Shown here piece by piece: positions 1 to 13,911 of a stretch of DNA of 64,000 nt (positions are counted from its first letter, which is position 1; each line of letters opens with the position of its first letter). The position numbers and the translations under genes were made by a program. This DNA comes from Epiperipatus broadwayi. Lineage: Eukaryota > Animalia > Onychophora. The stretch is taken from contig JAQFVV010000006.1 of the NCBI GenBank assembly GCA_028023455.1, positions 16,058,001 to 16,122,000 on the forward strand, in the 5' to 3' direction. The notes under the pieces were generated by a model, which saw nothing but the letters and a program-made list of their open reading frames with translations, had not been told where the DNA came from and searched no databases.

Positions 1-1015
1 AAGCTACATTTTATTTGCTTTAAATTTCTACATTCATATTCACTTCTATTTTTTTTTTCAAAATTTTCCCATGTATCCAACTCATTGAATTAGTATGCAA
101 TATTCACAAATCTCCTAACACAAACTGATTTTACCCTACCCTTCCAAATCTTGTACATTATGTATAGCCACAATAGCATTTAGTAGCATCTACTTTTCTG
201 TATGAATAGTGGCTTACTTGTCTTTACAGATCATTACCTCTCCCCCTCAAATATAGATTGATAAACTAAAAGGGTCAATAATTGGTTATCATAAGTGAAT
301 TACATAACACTATCATCAGTCCACTAACAAAACAACACTAATAAATAATAAATGGATTTTTTTATTACCTATTGAGATTACCATGACAACAGATTGCTGA
401 TATTTGATTGGCTAATCTAAGCTTTGTTTATTGTGATGTGAAAATGATATATCTTCAAAGTGTTATCTATATTGTTCTGCTCTAGTTATCAGTTTCCATA
501 TGATGGAGGAAGTGGACCAATTTCTCAAGGACCTATGTTTTGCTTAACTGCTTAATCAACCTGCTGTGGACATTAATTTCATAGGTTCAATTTTTTGATT
601 ATACACACTAATTGATAAGATATTGCAGAAAAGTATGGAGATTTGATGCTGCTTCCATTTGTTTCATGCATTTTGCAATGCTACTGTTTATTTATTATAT
701 ATCTGTGTGTGTGTTGTAATAAGGTAGATAATTCATATTATATATAATAAAATCATGCTTATGTATAAACTAAAATATAATCATTTGATTGTAGTTATTA
801 TTAAAGTCCAAGTGTTTTCAATGTGGTGTGTCATTATGGTTTTTAATATATAAATCCATGCTACACATTTGACAGCCAGTGTCAACTACCAGAATCACAG
901 TATGATAATGTTATGAATCATATTCTGCTGAACCTGGATAATATGTCATTTATATCTGTAACTCACAAATATCTTCATTTAGCATATATACATAGTTAAA
1001 TGTAAACTTCTCTGT

Positions 1016-1448
1016 TATTAAAACAGGCAAAACTCTCCATACAGTAGTGCCACTGAGTGAAAGCTAGAGTAATCAATGGATGCCAAAAGATGTGCATAAA
1101 ATCCCTATCTAGTGCCTACTCATCCAATATCCCCAGACTAGTTTCTGGCTTGTGGCCTTTGTCAGTGAGGAGCTTTGGATTTGAGAGGATTGCACCTAGA
1201 TCTTAGTATCTAATGCAACCCTCCAGAAGCCAACTAAGATCTAGGTACAGTGCTCTCAGATCCAATGCTCCTTGCTAATGACTGTGGATGAGTAGACACT
1301 AGACAGGGATTTTATGTACAAGACTTCTGGTATCCATTGATTACTCAGGCTTACACTGAGTGGAACTACTGTATGAAGAGTTTTGCCTGTTTTAATAACA
1401 GTTATGAGCAATCATAAGTAATGGTGATCATGTGATTTTTGGTGGTTT
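1016..1448. mobile_element. Family A foldback insertion (A1), HHR-bearing
   Basis: Imperfect inverted arms (ctgttattaaaacaggcaaaactc... / ...gagttttgcctgttttaataacag) plus a one-sided tail ending gtgatcatgtgat..gtggttt; 11-bp direct repeat aacttctctgt at 1005-1015 and 1449-1459. Confidence 0.85.
1131..1170 (-). ncRNA. Degenerate type I hammerhead ribozyme (family A)
   Basis: Minus strand cctca CTGACAA a ggc cacaa gcc a GAAA cta GTC tgggg; G8 mutated, stems I-III intact. Confidence 0.7.
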
Positions 1449-2023
1449 AACTTCTCTGTATCAATAGGAGATTGGCAACCTTACTTATCATTAATGAGGA
1501 TCCCATCATTTAATAGTTGTATTTTTTTGTTGGTACAGATAATATACTGATACTCGCCTGATTAACTTAGACTGCTTTGATCTTTCATTCTACAGATAGT
1601 AATAGATAGATACCAATTTATTAACTCCTATTGAATGTCTAGCTAGGCTGTTTAGGGATGGCTATTTAAATATAACATTCTAATTATGCTTGTGACTTCA
1701 AAATTTTCTTATAGATGTACTTAGACAATATTGATTCCAAAACTGTAGCAGATTTGTGTGCCAACCTCTTCTACAGAAAGCCCTTTATATATAGTAAAAA
1801 ATGTTAGATAAATAGTCTTTCTTTAAAAAAATGCAAAGCCGAAAATAATCAGTACATTATTCTGATTCCTGTATTACATTTAATTTATTTATAACTTGCA
1901 ACAAAATATTTTAGATTTTTAATTTAAAGTTCATTAAAAGTATCCAATCATTTCCTCCCTAAAGTTTCATTAAAAGTTTCATACTATAACCATGATATCT
2001 TACTGAGTATAATGTATCAAGAC

Positions 2024-2207
2024 ATCACATGACCAACAATCATCACATGACTTTTGCTACACATTGCTATTCATTAGCATGTTCTTATATTCCCACCAGT
2101 TTTATGTTGTCTAGTGTATGATGACATAAAAATGATGAGAATAAAAGGATTGCTAATAAAGAGCAATGTGTAAGCAAAGGTCGTGTGGTAATTATTGATC
2201 ATGTGAT
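2024..2207. repeat. Imperfect palindrome with tcacatga termini
   Basis: atcacatgaccaacaatcatcacatgacttttgctacacattgc (2024-) pairs with gcaatgtgtaagcaaaggtcgtgtggtaattattgatcatgtgat (-2207). Confidence 0.65.
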
Positions 2208-2477
2208 ATTTTATTAATTTGTACTATTTTTGGCCAAAAAAGAAAAGTGTCTAAGATTATAAAAAAAAAACTAAAGCTACCATAATATATAAAAACTAAA
2301 TTGGTTTTAGATGTATATAACTATAAAGGCAAATAAGTTTAGACTGAAAAAATTTAAAAAGTTTTTCCAATTTGAACTGGAAGCTTAATAGTATAACAAA
2401 ATTTTTTAAATGATTGGTAGAGGAAAGATGCATTAGATCTAAACGTTCAAGTGTACTGTTCAAAAAATAAAAAAAAT

Positions 2478-2595
2478 TCATCACTGATGAAAGCTGCAAG
2501 CTGGGAATATTTGGATAAGATAGCACTGGGTAAGGATTTATTAAACACTACCACCTCACATCTATTGACTACTAAAACTTACACTAGGTGGCATA
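2478..2595 (+). mobile_element. Family A fragment (A2) with internally deleted HHR
   Basis: catca CTGATGA aagc tgcaa gct|gggaatatttgg: the GAAA-stem III segment is deleted; followed by family A sequence including cactaggtggca. Confidence 0.65.
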
Positions 2596-3137
2596 AAGAA
2601 AATGGATGTGTGTAATGTAGTAGCATCTTTAAACTTTAGTCATTTCATGACATCATATTCTCATCATACAGAAAGTTAATATAGTTATTTCATGAGGATG
2701 TTCTCAAATGTGGTAGTGAAAGAAATTTTACATTTGTAGATGACATTGCAATAAATATTCATATATGCATGAGCAAGGACATACATGAATATTTTATTGT
2801 TGGACAAGTCACCAAATTGTGAAAATTTTGTGCATAAACTGCAAAGTTCTGGAATCAATTCCTGCTGAAGAAAATAAAAGAAAAATAGAAGAAAGATTTA
2901 TTCAATTGAAGGTAGCATTTGTGCTCTGGATATTGCAATGGGCTTAAGGGTTACTCGACTTTTCAAATTTCTGACCATTTAGTAAATAATATCTCTAAGT
3001 TGATACCTTAAATTGAACTAAAAATATCAAACAAAATCAAACTATGGCCAAAAATGTTAACGAATTAGAGTTTGATTTATAGTACTCTATCGTTTTGCAC
3101 TATCTTCAGGTGGAAATGTAGCATATGACACAAGGAA

Positions 3138-3340
3138 TTTTCAATCTGTTGACAAGGCAACCTTTTACTAATGAAAATAGATGAATACTCACTTTTTATA
3201 CGATCCAGGATGATTATAAAGAGTCTAAAGATCGAAACTTGACTGAAGCTTAAATAAACCCAATTGAATAAGCAAATAAAACCTGTTTTGAAAAAAGACT
3301 CACAAACAGTCATTTTTAACTTTCAAACTGCACTCAAACT
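3138..3340 (+). repeat. Family G dispersed repeat copy
   Basis: tcaatctgttgacaaggcaacctttt and aactttcaaactgcactc are shared with 42597-43013. Confidence 0.7.
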
Positions 3341-4434
3341 AATTATTATTAAGATATAATTATATGGGTAATGATAAACTGTGGTTTCAACAGTAGTAAA
3401 AGCCACATCATAGCATTCATCTGACCATCTAGAATAATCTGGACTTTTTACCTTTTAACTGATTATAGATACTCAATTACTGACCAATAATGGATGGCTA
3501 GTTTATTTGGCTATAGCCAGCTGTGTAAAAAAAATTGTAAGCTTGTAAGCATTTTATAATCTGAAAAAGTTTCTAAAGCTTACTCAGCCTACATTCAAAC
3601 ACCAGAACATGAACATGTAGAGGGGGCTAACCATTATACCACATTTTACATTTATACTTGCCCACCATATGCATTGCCATTTTGCTTCCAAGCTATCATA
3701 CATAACTGAAATTATGAATAATATGAAATCCCATATAATACGCAAGCTTGACATTTATATGTATACTTTTGATGCAATCCAAACTATCCTCATTAAGTAA
3801 TCATCAAATTTAATTAATACGAAATGTATAATAAGATAATATGGTAATAAATTAAAAAAATAGTGCTTTCATATGCATAAGCACAGTATTTTACATATTA
3901 ATGCCTTCAGAGCCACCACATGGTAAGAGGTGCCTTTGTGCCAGCTAAATTTTATCATCTCTAGTCCCATATAACCAGCCTGAGGATATGACAATACAAG
4001 TTCTCACATTTATCAAGCCCCTGGGTCTGCATGATCCATGCCTTTTGTGGAAATCAAAAAAATAAAACATTTTATCATATGCTAAATGAAACTACATTTA
4101 GACTTACAATGAATATATGTGAAAATATACATTTGTAGAAACATCAATTATGCAGCAATGCAGATTTTTCAGTTACAGGGTTTGTCTAACTGTTTCACAA
4201 TGTTTTGGTTATGTTAGTGTGAAATCAGCATAGGTAAAGACTGATTCTCTTGATTGGCATGTATTGGATCAGAATTTTCAAAAATAAAATTAGGATGATG
4301 TTATTAATGGATTCACAATAAACATTAAAGAAAATATATATTTTTTGTATTATATGTACATTATTTTGTTGTCTCAAATATTTATTGAAAAGCATATTTA
4401 TAACAAATAAGTAATTATTTATCAATTATAAATA

Positions 4435-4610
4435 TCAACGTGTGCAATTTTAATATATCTATATTTAAATAAATCAATTATTTTATATAGCGCGATATTT
4501 TATAAACTGTAATAGCTAAACAGCATTAAGCTGTTGCACATGCGCTTTGCAGATTTTAACTATAAATGACTGAATACAAACACTTCAAACACATGATAAA
4601 GTCTTTGGGA
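4435..4610 (+). repeat. Family F dispersed repeat copy
   Basis: tatagcgcgat...aaacagcattaagctgttgcacatgcgctttgcag...cacatgataaagtctt is nearly identical to 32990-33109. Confidence 0.85.
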
Positions 4611-5153
4611 TTTGCAAATAGGGTATTTATTTTTAAAAAATACCTGTATCTAAATGGTTTTTTATCATGTAAAAAAGACCCCCCCCACCTATGAAATAAT
4701 TTTGTTTAACAAAATACACAGTAGAATATTAAAAAGTTATAATTATTAACACTTTTGCTTTTTTAGTTATATATTAATTCTCCTGACTTTGGTTACAGCA
4801 ATGTTATGAGTAAGATTAGCTTTAATTAGATCTCAACTCTAAACAATATATTAATTAGTTAAAAATAGTTCTTGTTTTTTACTTTGCTTATTTGAAATCT
4901 CTCGTGTGTGACTTGTTATGTTTTCTAATAACAAAGTAAACTTCTCAAATATTCATTCACTAATAGAATATTTACATTATTTCATGATTTAATCTTTTGT
5001 ATTCTTGTTAATTTCAGTATAATAATTTAATTACACAATATAATCAGATATCTAGGGAATTTAAGGATTTATATTACATTTACTTATAAGAAGAAATTTT
5101 CACACATACATTGTTCATTAGATAAATTTTCAAAAGTCAGACTATCCCTTGTA

Positions 5154-5218
5154 GTCAATAAACATCACATGACCACCACTTCTTAGGCTTATGTATAGTG
5201 AGTTTTGCCTGTTTTAAA
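5154..5218. mobile_element. Minimal family A insertion (A3)
   Basis: Inverted tail catcacatgaccaccacttc joined to gagttttgcctgttttaaa; 13-bp direct repeat actatcccttgta at 5141-5153 and 5219-5231. Confidence 0.75.
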
Positions 5219-6129
5219 ACTATCCCTTGTACTTTCTTTTGTTTAATGATAGATTATAATAATTAAAAAAATCAAACAATTGGTTTCTTCCATTAGAATA
5301 GATGAAGAATTTTTAGGGACTTTCCAATAGAGCAGTTACAAGTAATGTTATATAGTCATTAAAATCAACAGAAAGGCATTAAACAATAATATCATTTTAA
5401 TGAAATTTGCACAATAATATTTTTTTAAAAAATTGTTTTTTTATTAATTCTGTCATCCTTAAATTTGTATTTCATTAATTATGAATTTTAGCTAAATAAT
5501 AAATTTCATAACAGTCCAAATCCATTAGAAATAAAACATGTAAAAACATTAATATTGGCATTTAAAATAAGATAATACTGGTATTAAAAAGAAAAAAGAT
5601 AATATCAGTATTTAAAAAAAAGATATGAGACTACATATGGAATCAATCTCCAAACTTGCTGTTTCAGCTTTTGATGCTCTAGTTCTACAGCCATACAAAA
5701 CACACAATGAAGAGTTTATAAAATTTCACTGCTAAGCTATCTACTATGTATAATTATTGTGAATTGTTATAAATGAGTTTTGTTTTAAAATTATTAATAT
5801 GAATGTTAGGACATTTAAACCAGAAAAGATAGACAAAAGTTTATAAATTCTAGTTTTTATTCATGCTAGGCATACTTTCAATACATTGAATATCATAATC
5901 ATGGTTCTTTTAAGAATATTATAAATTTTTTATGTGTATTTGCTAGTTATTTTTGTATTTAAATTAATTTAAATTTATTGTTTGTTATTTAAATGTATGT
6001 AAAAATCTTCACCTTTTTGACTGAGGGATGCTGGTTTATTTTTATTTCTAGAAAATTTGTTCTTGGCTATTGTCCAAACCTTCTTGATCTTTTTTTAATC
6101 CTCTTTCATAGCCAATGACATTTGCTTTG

Positions 6130-6193
6130 AAAACAGGCAAAACTCTCTGTATGGTAGTGCCACTCAGTGCAAGCATAAGAGAGGGTGATCATG
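6130..6193. mobile_element. Minimal family A insertion (A4)
   Basis: aaaacaggcaaaactctctgtatggtagtgccactcagtgcaagc joined to tail gtgatcatg; 14-bp direct repeat tgacat(t/c)tgctttg at 6116-6129 and 6194-6207. Confidence 0.75.
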
Positions 6194-9100
6194 TGACATC
6201 TGCTTTGCAGAGATCAAATTTATGGCCTGATTGTTGTTAATTTTCTAAAAACTACTTTGCTACTTTGGGGGCCCTATTATATAAGTAATTATGTTGGATC
6301 AGTCTTGTAGAGAAGTTGGCCCTCATATCTCCATAATAAGCATATTTACAATCAGCTTTGTTACATTTAATTTCATAAACTATTGTACAGAAAAGAGATA
6401 ATAATTCTAGTTATAAAATTATTAATAGTAGCACAAATTATTTGTTTATATAAATTAGAATGTTTAAATAAAAGTAATTTGGAAATCTAAGCATTTCCAT
6501 TTATATATAAATTTTATTAATTATCACTGCAACTTTGTGGTTCTATTGATGAAGTGTCCTTTGTGCCCTGCACAACCTACACACCTACACTTGGCTGTTC
6601 TGAATGACTTGCTCTTTCTTATTGAATATCCATCCAACTTTGATTTATTTCCATTACAAAATCAATTATTTTTATTCCATTGCTTAATTCTCTGGCTTTC
6701 CTTTCGCAATTCATTTTCTTTGGTCTCAAGTTCAACATAGAATTTAAGATTAAACCATTATTAGTTATCAGAAGATAATAAATTTGGCTTTATTTGATAC
6801 ATATTTTTGTTTACTACTGAAATAAATTTTAAATGTTGACATTTTCTTTCTATAAATATTTAAAAAATGAGATTATAATCAAAACAAAAAGATTATGTGT
6901 CATCATTTTTAGAAAGATTATTATCATTTTTTTTAGAAATCTGAATGAAGATTTATTTATTTCTCTTATATCTAATGAAATATGCTTTAAAAGTTTAATT
7001 TTTTTCAATATTTATTACAGAATAGACAATTTTATACTTATTATTAGAATTAGATTGCTTATATAGAAAGGCAAACTTCTAAATAGCTTTAGGGCAGATT
7101 CGCATTGTTCCTAATATAACATTCTATTATTGAAAATAAAGTATTTCTATTCAAAATAAATTATTAATAATTTATATTTCAATTTCTAAGAAATATTATA
7201 TAAATTATTATATAAAAAATATCTAGAATTGTAATAAACTTGCAAATAAATACGTTTTTGGTTATACCAACCATTTTCTTTAAACAATGTTGTAAAAAGC
7301 ATGATGTCAAAAACCTGTCATAATACAACAGAGGTACTTATCAGGGTGGAGCTAAATTCTATTGTTTTGAGGAATTTTTTGATTTTCTTGCCATCTATGG
7401 AATTTTTTTTGAGTCAAAATTTTATATTATAATGTGTTTAAGAAAATATGCATATTATAGTATAAAGCTTGTGGAAATTTTCACTAGGAAATGAATTAAT
7501 AAAAAAATGAAGTAATTCATATAAAAATTAAGTATGATTTAAAAAGCACTAAATAACTTCTTTTAGACTTGTTGGAATTGCAATCAACATCATTTTTGCA
7601 ATTAGGGAAATTTTTAACAAAATTTTTATTCATTAATTTACAGCATCAACATAGCATAAGATAGTTTTATTTTGATAGTAATTATACAACTAATTACCAT
7701 ACGAATACATAAAATCATGTTACCATGTATTGCGTTGAATGCATAAGACCATGTGATTAAATAATTGAATGTGTGAGTTGCATGACTAAACAGTGCACTG
7801 GGTGCATAAGGTCACATGACAGAACTATATTGCAATATATGAAATTACGTGATTGGTTGTGTGAAATGATGGCGCTCAGTTTTTTAAATTTATTTTTTAA
7901 TAGTTTTTCAGTGATGAATTGTATGTTTGTAGTAAGGGGAGATTACTGTATATTCACATATAATTTTTAAAAACACATATATATCTTAATAAACTTTTTG
8001 TTGAAAAAACTCAACAGTGTTTTGCGAGTTTTTGCTAATATTAACGAAGTTACCACTGAAAAGGTAATAAATTTCCCCTTAAAAGACAGTTTACTGTCCG
8101 TAACATATAATCACGGTAATAAATTATTACAAATATTATTTTTTATGGTTGTTTAATATTAAAATAGAATAATTTTATTTCATTTAACAGCTGAAAAAAT
8201 TAAATATTAAGTAAATCATTCAAGTAAAGACGATGAGCGAGCTAATTAAAAACTCTTTATGTACAGCCATTTTAAAATATAAATCCTTGAATTCTCCGTA
8301 ATCTCACAAACCACTTAGCGCTCAACAAACTTTACACTTAATGCTTATAGCTTTAAAATATTTGCCACAAATCTGCAAGAAACTGAATTCATTATTAGAT
8401 TAAAACTGTTCAATTTTTATAAATTCTTCATGATATTCAAACTAATAGAAAAAGTGATACCGTTAATATGTGAATATATAAAACAAACTGTCTAATGGAA
8501 TATAAATAATGATTTATTTTGAAAAAAAAATTCTCCTAACGTATATACATAAGTAAAAGAGTGAAAGATGTTAAATAACCACATTTTCCAATTGCTGGAT
8601 AGTGAGAGTTTAAATGTTTTTATCCTTATTTAATCTCCTAACTAAGCGGAACTCGATACCCATTTACTGATCAATATTAGATGGTTAATTAAGTTAGTAG
8701 AAGCTGACTCCCTAACCCTCTGAAAAAGATATTAAGCCTGTTGAAAAAATAAATTAAATTTATTTAACCCATACTAAAAAATATGCATGATGAGCTCCTT
8801 GCTTAAGTTCATGGGAAATGAAGAATCATGACATTAAGATAGAGTATGATTCTTTGTCAATCATTGGTAAAGGTCTCATCATATGAACATTCTATTACGT
8901 TTTTAATTAGTGCATCATCATTTATCTGACCAATCCTCAACTAATAATAGTTAGATACCCATTTACCAGCCTCTTTTAGATGGTTAGTGATATGGCATTT
9001 GGGTGATTATATAGAAAAAATTCTAAGACTGCTGTGAGTTGAAAAAGTTTGCCTTATCTGGGTTTGAATACAAGTAAGGTGCATGAAAGGCGGGTTTGCC

Positions 9101-9590
9101 AATGACTGTGCACCAAGAACGTACTGTGTAGAAATGTCATACTATAATGTACATATGATAAACTATAGAAATTATAAAACTAAACCTATATATATATATC
9201 ATAGCTATTGATAATGTTTTGACTCTCAAATGCCAAAATATAAAGCAAAAGGATTATTAAAAAAATAGTGTCTGCGTTCATTTGATACTACAATTATAGA
9301 TTAAATGGTAATATTAATTTTCCCTTTATTTATATGGTAATTCAAAATTTCAAAAACATTTTAACGTCTGCATAATGAAAAGGTTTTAATTTGTTCTTTT
9401 ATGGTATATAATCAGCTGGGTGCACTTTTGGTGAAGTCATCAGAATCATAGCTCTCATGGATAAATAATGTATGTTGCTTAATTTATACAGTCAGGTGAT
9501 AATGTATGCAGTTTATTCAAATTAGTAATTTAAATATTCCACTTAGTAGATAACTAGATGCTGTTTTGTTTTTTGCTAATGATATTTTTA

Positions 9591-9699
9591 CTGTTGATGA
9601 TAAACTATATCTCTCTGATCTTTTTCCATCAATTCATTCTACATACACAGATTGATGGTCTGTGGATTAAAACTGTGACCATATTGCTGTTCTTGGTCC
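9591..9699 (-). mobile_element. Penelope-like GIY-YIG C-terminal remnant
   Basis: Translates DQEQQYGHSFNPQTINL, then after a frameshift VC..WKKIREI*FII, matching the H...GH.F...IL...KRKIREA.FI endonuclease tail; paralogous to 36740-36870. Confidence 0.55.
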
Positions 9700-10440
9700 T
9701 AAAATATGAACTTGTATTCAGGGTTGTTTTTTTTCCACTTATATAATGAATTATGCTATGCTAATCTAGTGAAGATATTAGCTTTAGATTCCCCATAGCA
9801 CACAGCAGTGCTGTCTGGGTTAGCTGCATGTAATAAATTTTGCTGAGGAAACCATTAAATCCTACATCTCCATCACACTTACTTCTGGGGTCTGGTAATA
9901 ACTGTCAGAAAGTATTGAATAAGCTATAAAACCCACCCCCTCAGGATATTACAATAATATGCAAATTAGTAATATATTTATTTATACATTTTTTAATTTA
10001 ACATCAGGATTAATGAAATTGTAAATGTTCATAACTTGGATTCAGCTGTGGATAAAACTCTATCAAAGTGGGAAAGACCATTGGAATAAATCAATATACA
10101 GTAGTATAATTTCAATTCATATTTTATACCGTGATATAATTAATTATATACTCACAGAACAATTTAAAATAATTAACTACAAAAACTTTTTAAAAAATTA
10201 ACTTCCAAAGATTTGATCACCCATAAAAAAATTGTAAAGGCATGTAGATAAATGATACTTTCAAAGCCTAGCTGCATCTTTACCAAAAAGTGGTTCACTC
10301 AAAATGATGCTTCATTTCAAAAGTAAACTTTATTCACAGTAAAAGGCATAACACAATGGATACAAAATGTGGAGCACCATTGGGAATCATGCTCTCAGGA
10401 GAAAATATGGTACATTTATCATTTGGGCTAGAAGAGATTA

Positions 10441-10743
10441 CAAATGCAATATATGGATAAAAGAACAAATACTGACCTCATTTGAAAAATTAAAAGACTG
10501 AAGTTGAGTTGGGCTAGACATATTGCTAGAAGAGATGATAATAGATGGACAATTGAAATCTTAAACTGGCTTCCAAGAGATTGTAAAAGACCCAGAAAGA
10601 GACCACATGTGAGATGGATGGATGAAATAAGAAAGTGTGCAGGGGTGATGTGGAGAAGAGAAGCTAAAGATCAGAGAAGATGGATTGAACTTGGAGAGAC
10701 CTTCATCCTGCAGTGGATTGATAATGATTGATGATGATGATGA
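10441..10743 (+). mobile_element. RTE-clade LINE 3' end (5'-truncated)
   Basis: ORF 10504-10731 SWARHIARRDDNRW...KRPRKRPHVRWMDEI...DQRRWIELGETFILQW is a typical RTE C-terminus; (TGA)n tail. Confidence 0.9.
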
Positions 10744-11614
10744 ATTGTTGTACATCACTGCAAAGACTGCAATGACTACACAGAAAATGTTATAAAAGAT
10801 GTGTACAAGTCAAGAAAATTTACTGTATCATGTGAATGCCAAATTCATTAGTTTATGGCATTATAAAAACCCTAAAACCATTACATGAATTCGATTCACA
10901 CAATATTTCTCAGATGTAATATGAATGTCATCTGATACAATTTTTTCCAATCTAAGAATGTATATTATGCTAAAGTAAGAATCAATAAATTAATGATATC
11001 CTAGATTCTCCTCATTACCAATTCAAATACATATAAATCACGCTCAAGCTATAAAAGGGGGCTAATTAATGAAATTCTACATTAAAAGTAGACAATAGAA
11101 AACATCAACAATAATACATCTTTAAAGTTAAAGATTCTATACATTTAGGGATGGAAAGCACATAGCATCGTGTTATAATGTTGAGCCTTATTTATAATGT
11201 CAGAAGTTTGGATCAATAGGATATTATTGTAATACTAAACCAATTCACACAGGCGCATATTACAAAGTTTCTATTGGCTACTGACAATATATTCATTTTA
11301 AACAAGTCCATTACATTTTTAACATATGGAGAGTCATTTCAGTATGAACCAATTCCCAAAGAACTTTAGAACAAGTGCGATATTTGTAATAGCACTGAAA
11401 AAGATGTTCATCGCAATCACATGCCAATGGCCTATAAAGAAAACAGCAAGCTCAATATTTTGAAGGGTGGGACTTTTGCCACACATAAGTGTTCAAAATT
11501 TACATCGTAATACAATCATATTGTTTGTTAATCGAATCATCACACCAACATTTATTTGACTAGCACAGATTAATTTGTGATCTTGATTTGCATGATTTAG
11601 CGAAGTGGTAGAGT

Positions 11615-11665
11615 CTCAGACTTGAGAGCATAAGATCCTCATTCTGGTTCAAGAACTTCTGGCAC
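11615..11665 (+). mobile_element. tRNA-derived SINE head, degenerate
   Basis: A-box-like tagcgaagtggtagag and a B-box-like ggttcaag downstream. Confidence 0.4.
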
Positions 11666-11899
11666 ATAACCTTCTTTTGAAATCTCAACCAATAAAACCA
11701 TTCAATTACATGAGATATCTAAAAAAACAGAATCATTCTCTGGTAAGATCTGTTGTAGCACATACTTCTGCCACTAGCTTATTTTTGTGGTGACTCCTCT
11801 TCATTTATTTTCTACCAGCATCATTGTAATTCCACATAATAAATTTGTTTGTTAAGTGCATCTTGCTTATTAATCGATTTTTATGATTGTAAGTTAGAA

Positions 11900-12894
11900 T
11901 ACCAGGTGGCTACGAAATTCTGATTTGTGTTAGGGAGAATGGCAGGGGAAACAGTTGTAATGCTTGAAACCACTTACAAGCAAGATTCTCTGGGAAAACA
12001 TAAGTTTACAAGTGGTTTTTCTGCTTCACTAATAGTGAGTTGTCATTTGCTGACAATGTCACTCAGAGTGACACTCAATCTTTTAAATGGATGAAAATAT
12101 CACAAGAATTGTGGATTTTGGAAGATTGTGATAGAATAATTGATGAATATGTTGACTCAGCTGGTGTATCGTGGATGTTGTGCCAAAAGAATTCCCAAGT
12201 GTATGCATATTGTGAATTAAAAATAACTTGGATATCAAACCTGACTGTTTTAGAATATTATTACTAGTAATAAAAGCTGGTCCTATGTATATGACCACTG
12301 CTATCAAGCAAATGGAAAACTTCAAATTTATCATGCCCCCCAAAAAGCTGTGAGTAACATCCAATATTAAAATAACATTGATTTCTTTTTTTTTTGATGG
12401 AACTGAGCATTGTTTGTTGAGAATTAATTCCCAATGGTAAAACTGTTAACCAGGCATTTTACTTACAAGTTCTGAAATATTTGCATGATATGGTCAGATG
12501 AAAACTCCATGATCTGTAGTAAAGTGAGAAATATTGGTTTCATTATGATAACATGCCAGTTCATAAAGCATTGTGAATGAAACAATTTTAAACTAAAAAT
12601 AGCATGAACCAGCTTATTCATTCACCTTATTCCCCTGATCTCACTTTGTGCAACTTCTTTTTCCCCCTGAATGAAAAAATAGCTCAAAAAAAAAACAAAA
12701 TTGCAGATTTGAAAGGAGTGAAGAAAAAAATAACATAGGCATTAAAAGACAGTAATTTTTGCTATGCTTTGCTTAGAAAGTGGAAAATGTGTTTAGAGTT
12801 GTGCATTGCATCAAATGGACATTACTTTGAAGGAAATTCAATTTATAAAACTTATAAACATATATGTTTTTATTACAAAATACTCTCTCATGTA
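11900..12894 (+). pseudogene. Degenerate mariner transposase
   Basis: Frameshifted remnants: GETVVMLETTY..LGKT*VYKWF (HTH), GKTVNQAFYLQVLK, HYDNMPVH, HSPYSPDL..CNF, CIASNGHYFEG; 3' part matches 53024-53240. Confidence 0.85.
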
Positions 12895-13194
12895 CTTATC
12901 TTCTAGAAAATAATAGATGGATATCTCATTACTGAGCAAAATAGATCATAATAAAACTGAAATGGAAAATTCTACTTTCTTTCAATAATGTGAATTTTGC
13001 ATTTCTGTTTGCAAAAATTTTGTCCTATTACATATCTGGAAATTTGAATCTTCTAACTCAGATATGCTCTTAATCGAGTAGTTGTTCTAAGAATAAAGTG
13101 AATCATAATAGTATATGAGGCATCAGAAGCAGAACCATTTGCCAACAAATATGGCTGTTTCAACTAGAAAATAAAAAAAGAATCATGAAGACTA

Positions 13195-13661
<467 letters not shown>

Positions 13662-13911
13662 GTTTTAAAGTACTTTATTTGATATCATAAGAACATGTAT
13701 GAAAATATAATTTTAAAACATGTTACAAAAACTGATCTACAATTTAGAATTGAAAATTATTAACAAAAATTATTATTATGAATACATGAAATATTTTTAC
13801 ATTAATAATGCTGAAAAACTGAGGAAGAAAATTAATCAATAACAGTAACAATATTAAATACATATATGACAACAAAACTCACTTACATACAGCAAATATG
13901 CTATTCATATT

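Noticed and set aside
9400-9445. Possible decayed HHR downstream of the 9591 Penelope remnant (similar tract near 36590)
   Set aside because: CTGATGA and a short stem are present but GAAA and stem I are missing; too degenerate to call.
10205-10385. Tc1/DD37D-like remnant (GAPHF, IFLWVIKS) on the minus strand
   Set aside because: Only weak motif similarity across several frameshifts.
11170-11400. LINE ORF1-like zinc-knuckle remnant (VEPY..CQKFG)
   Set aside because: Suggestive but incomplete CCHC spacing.
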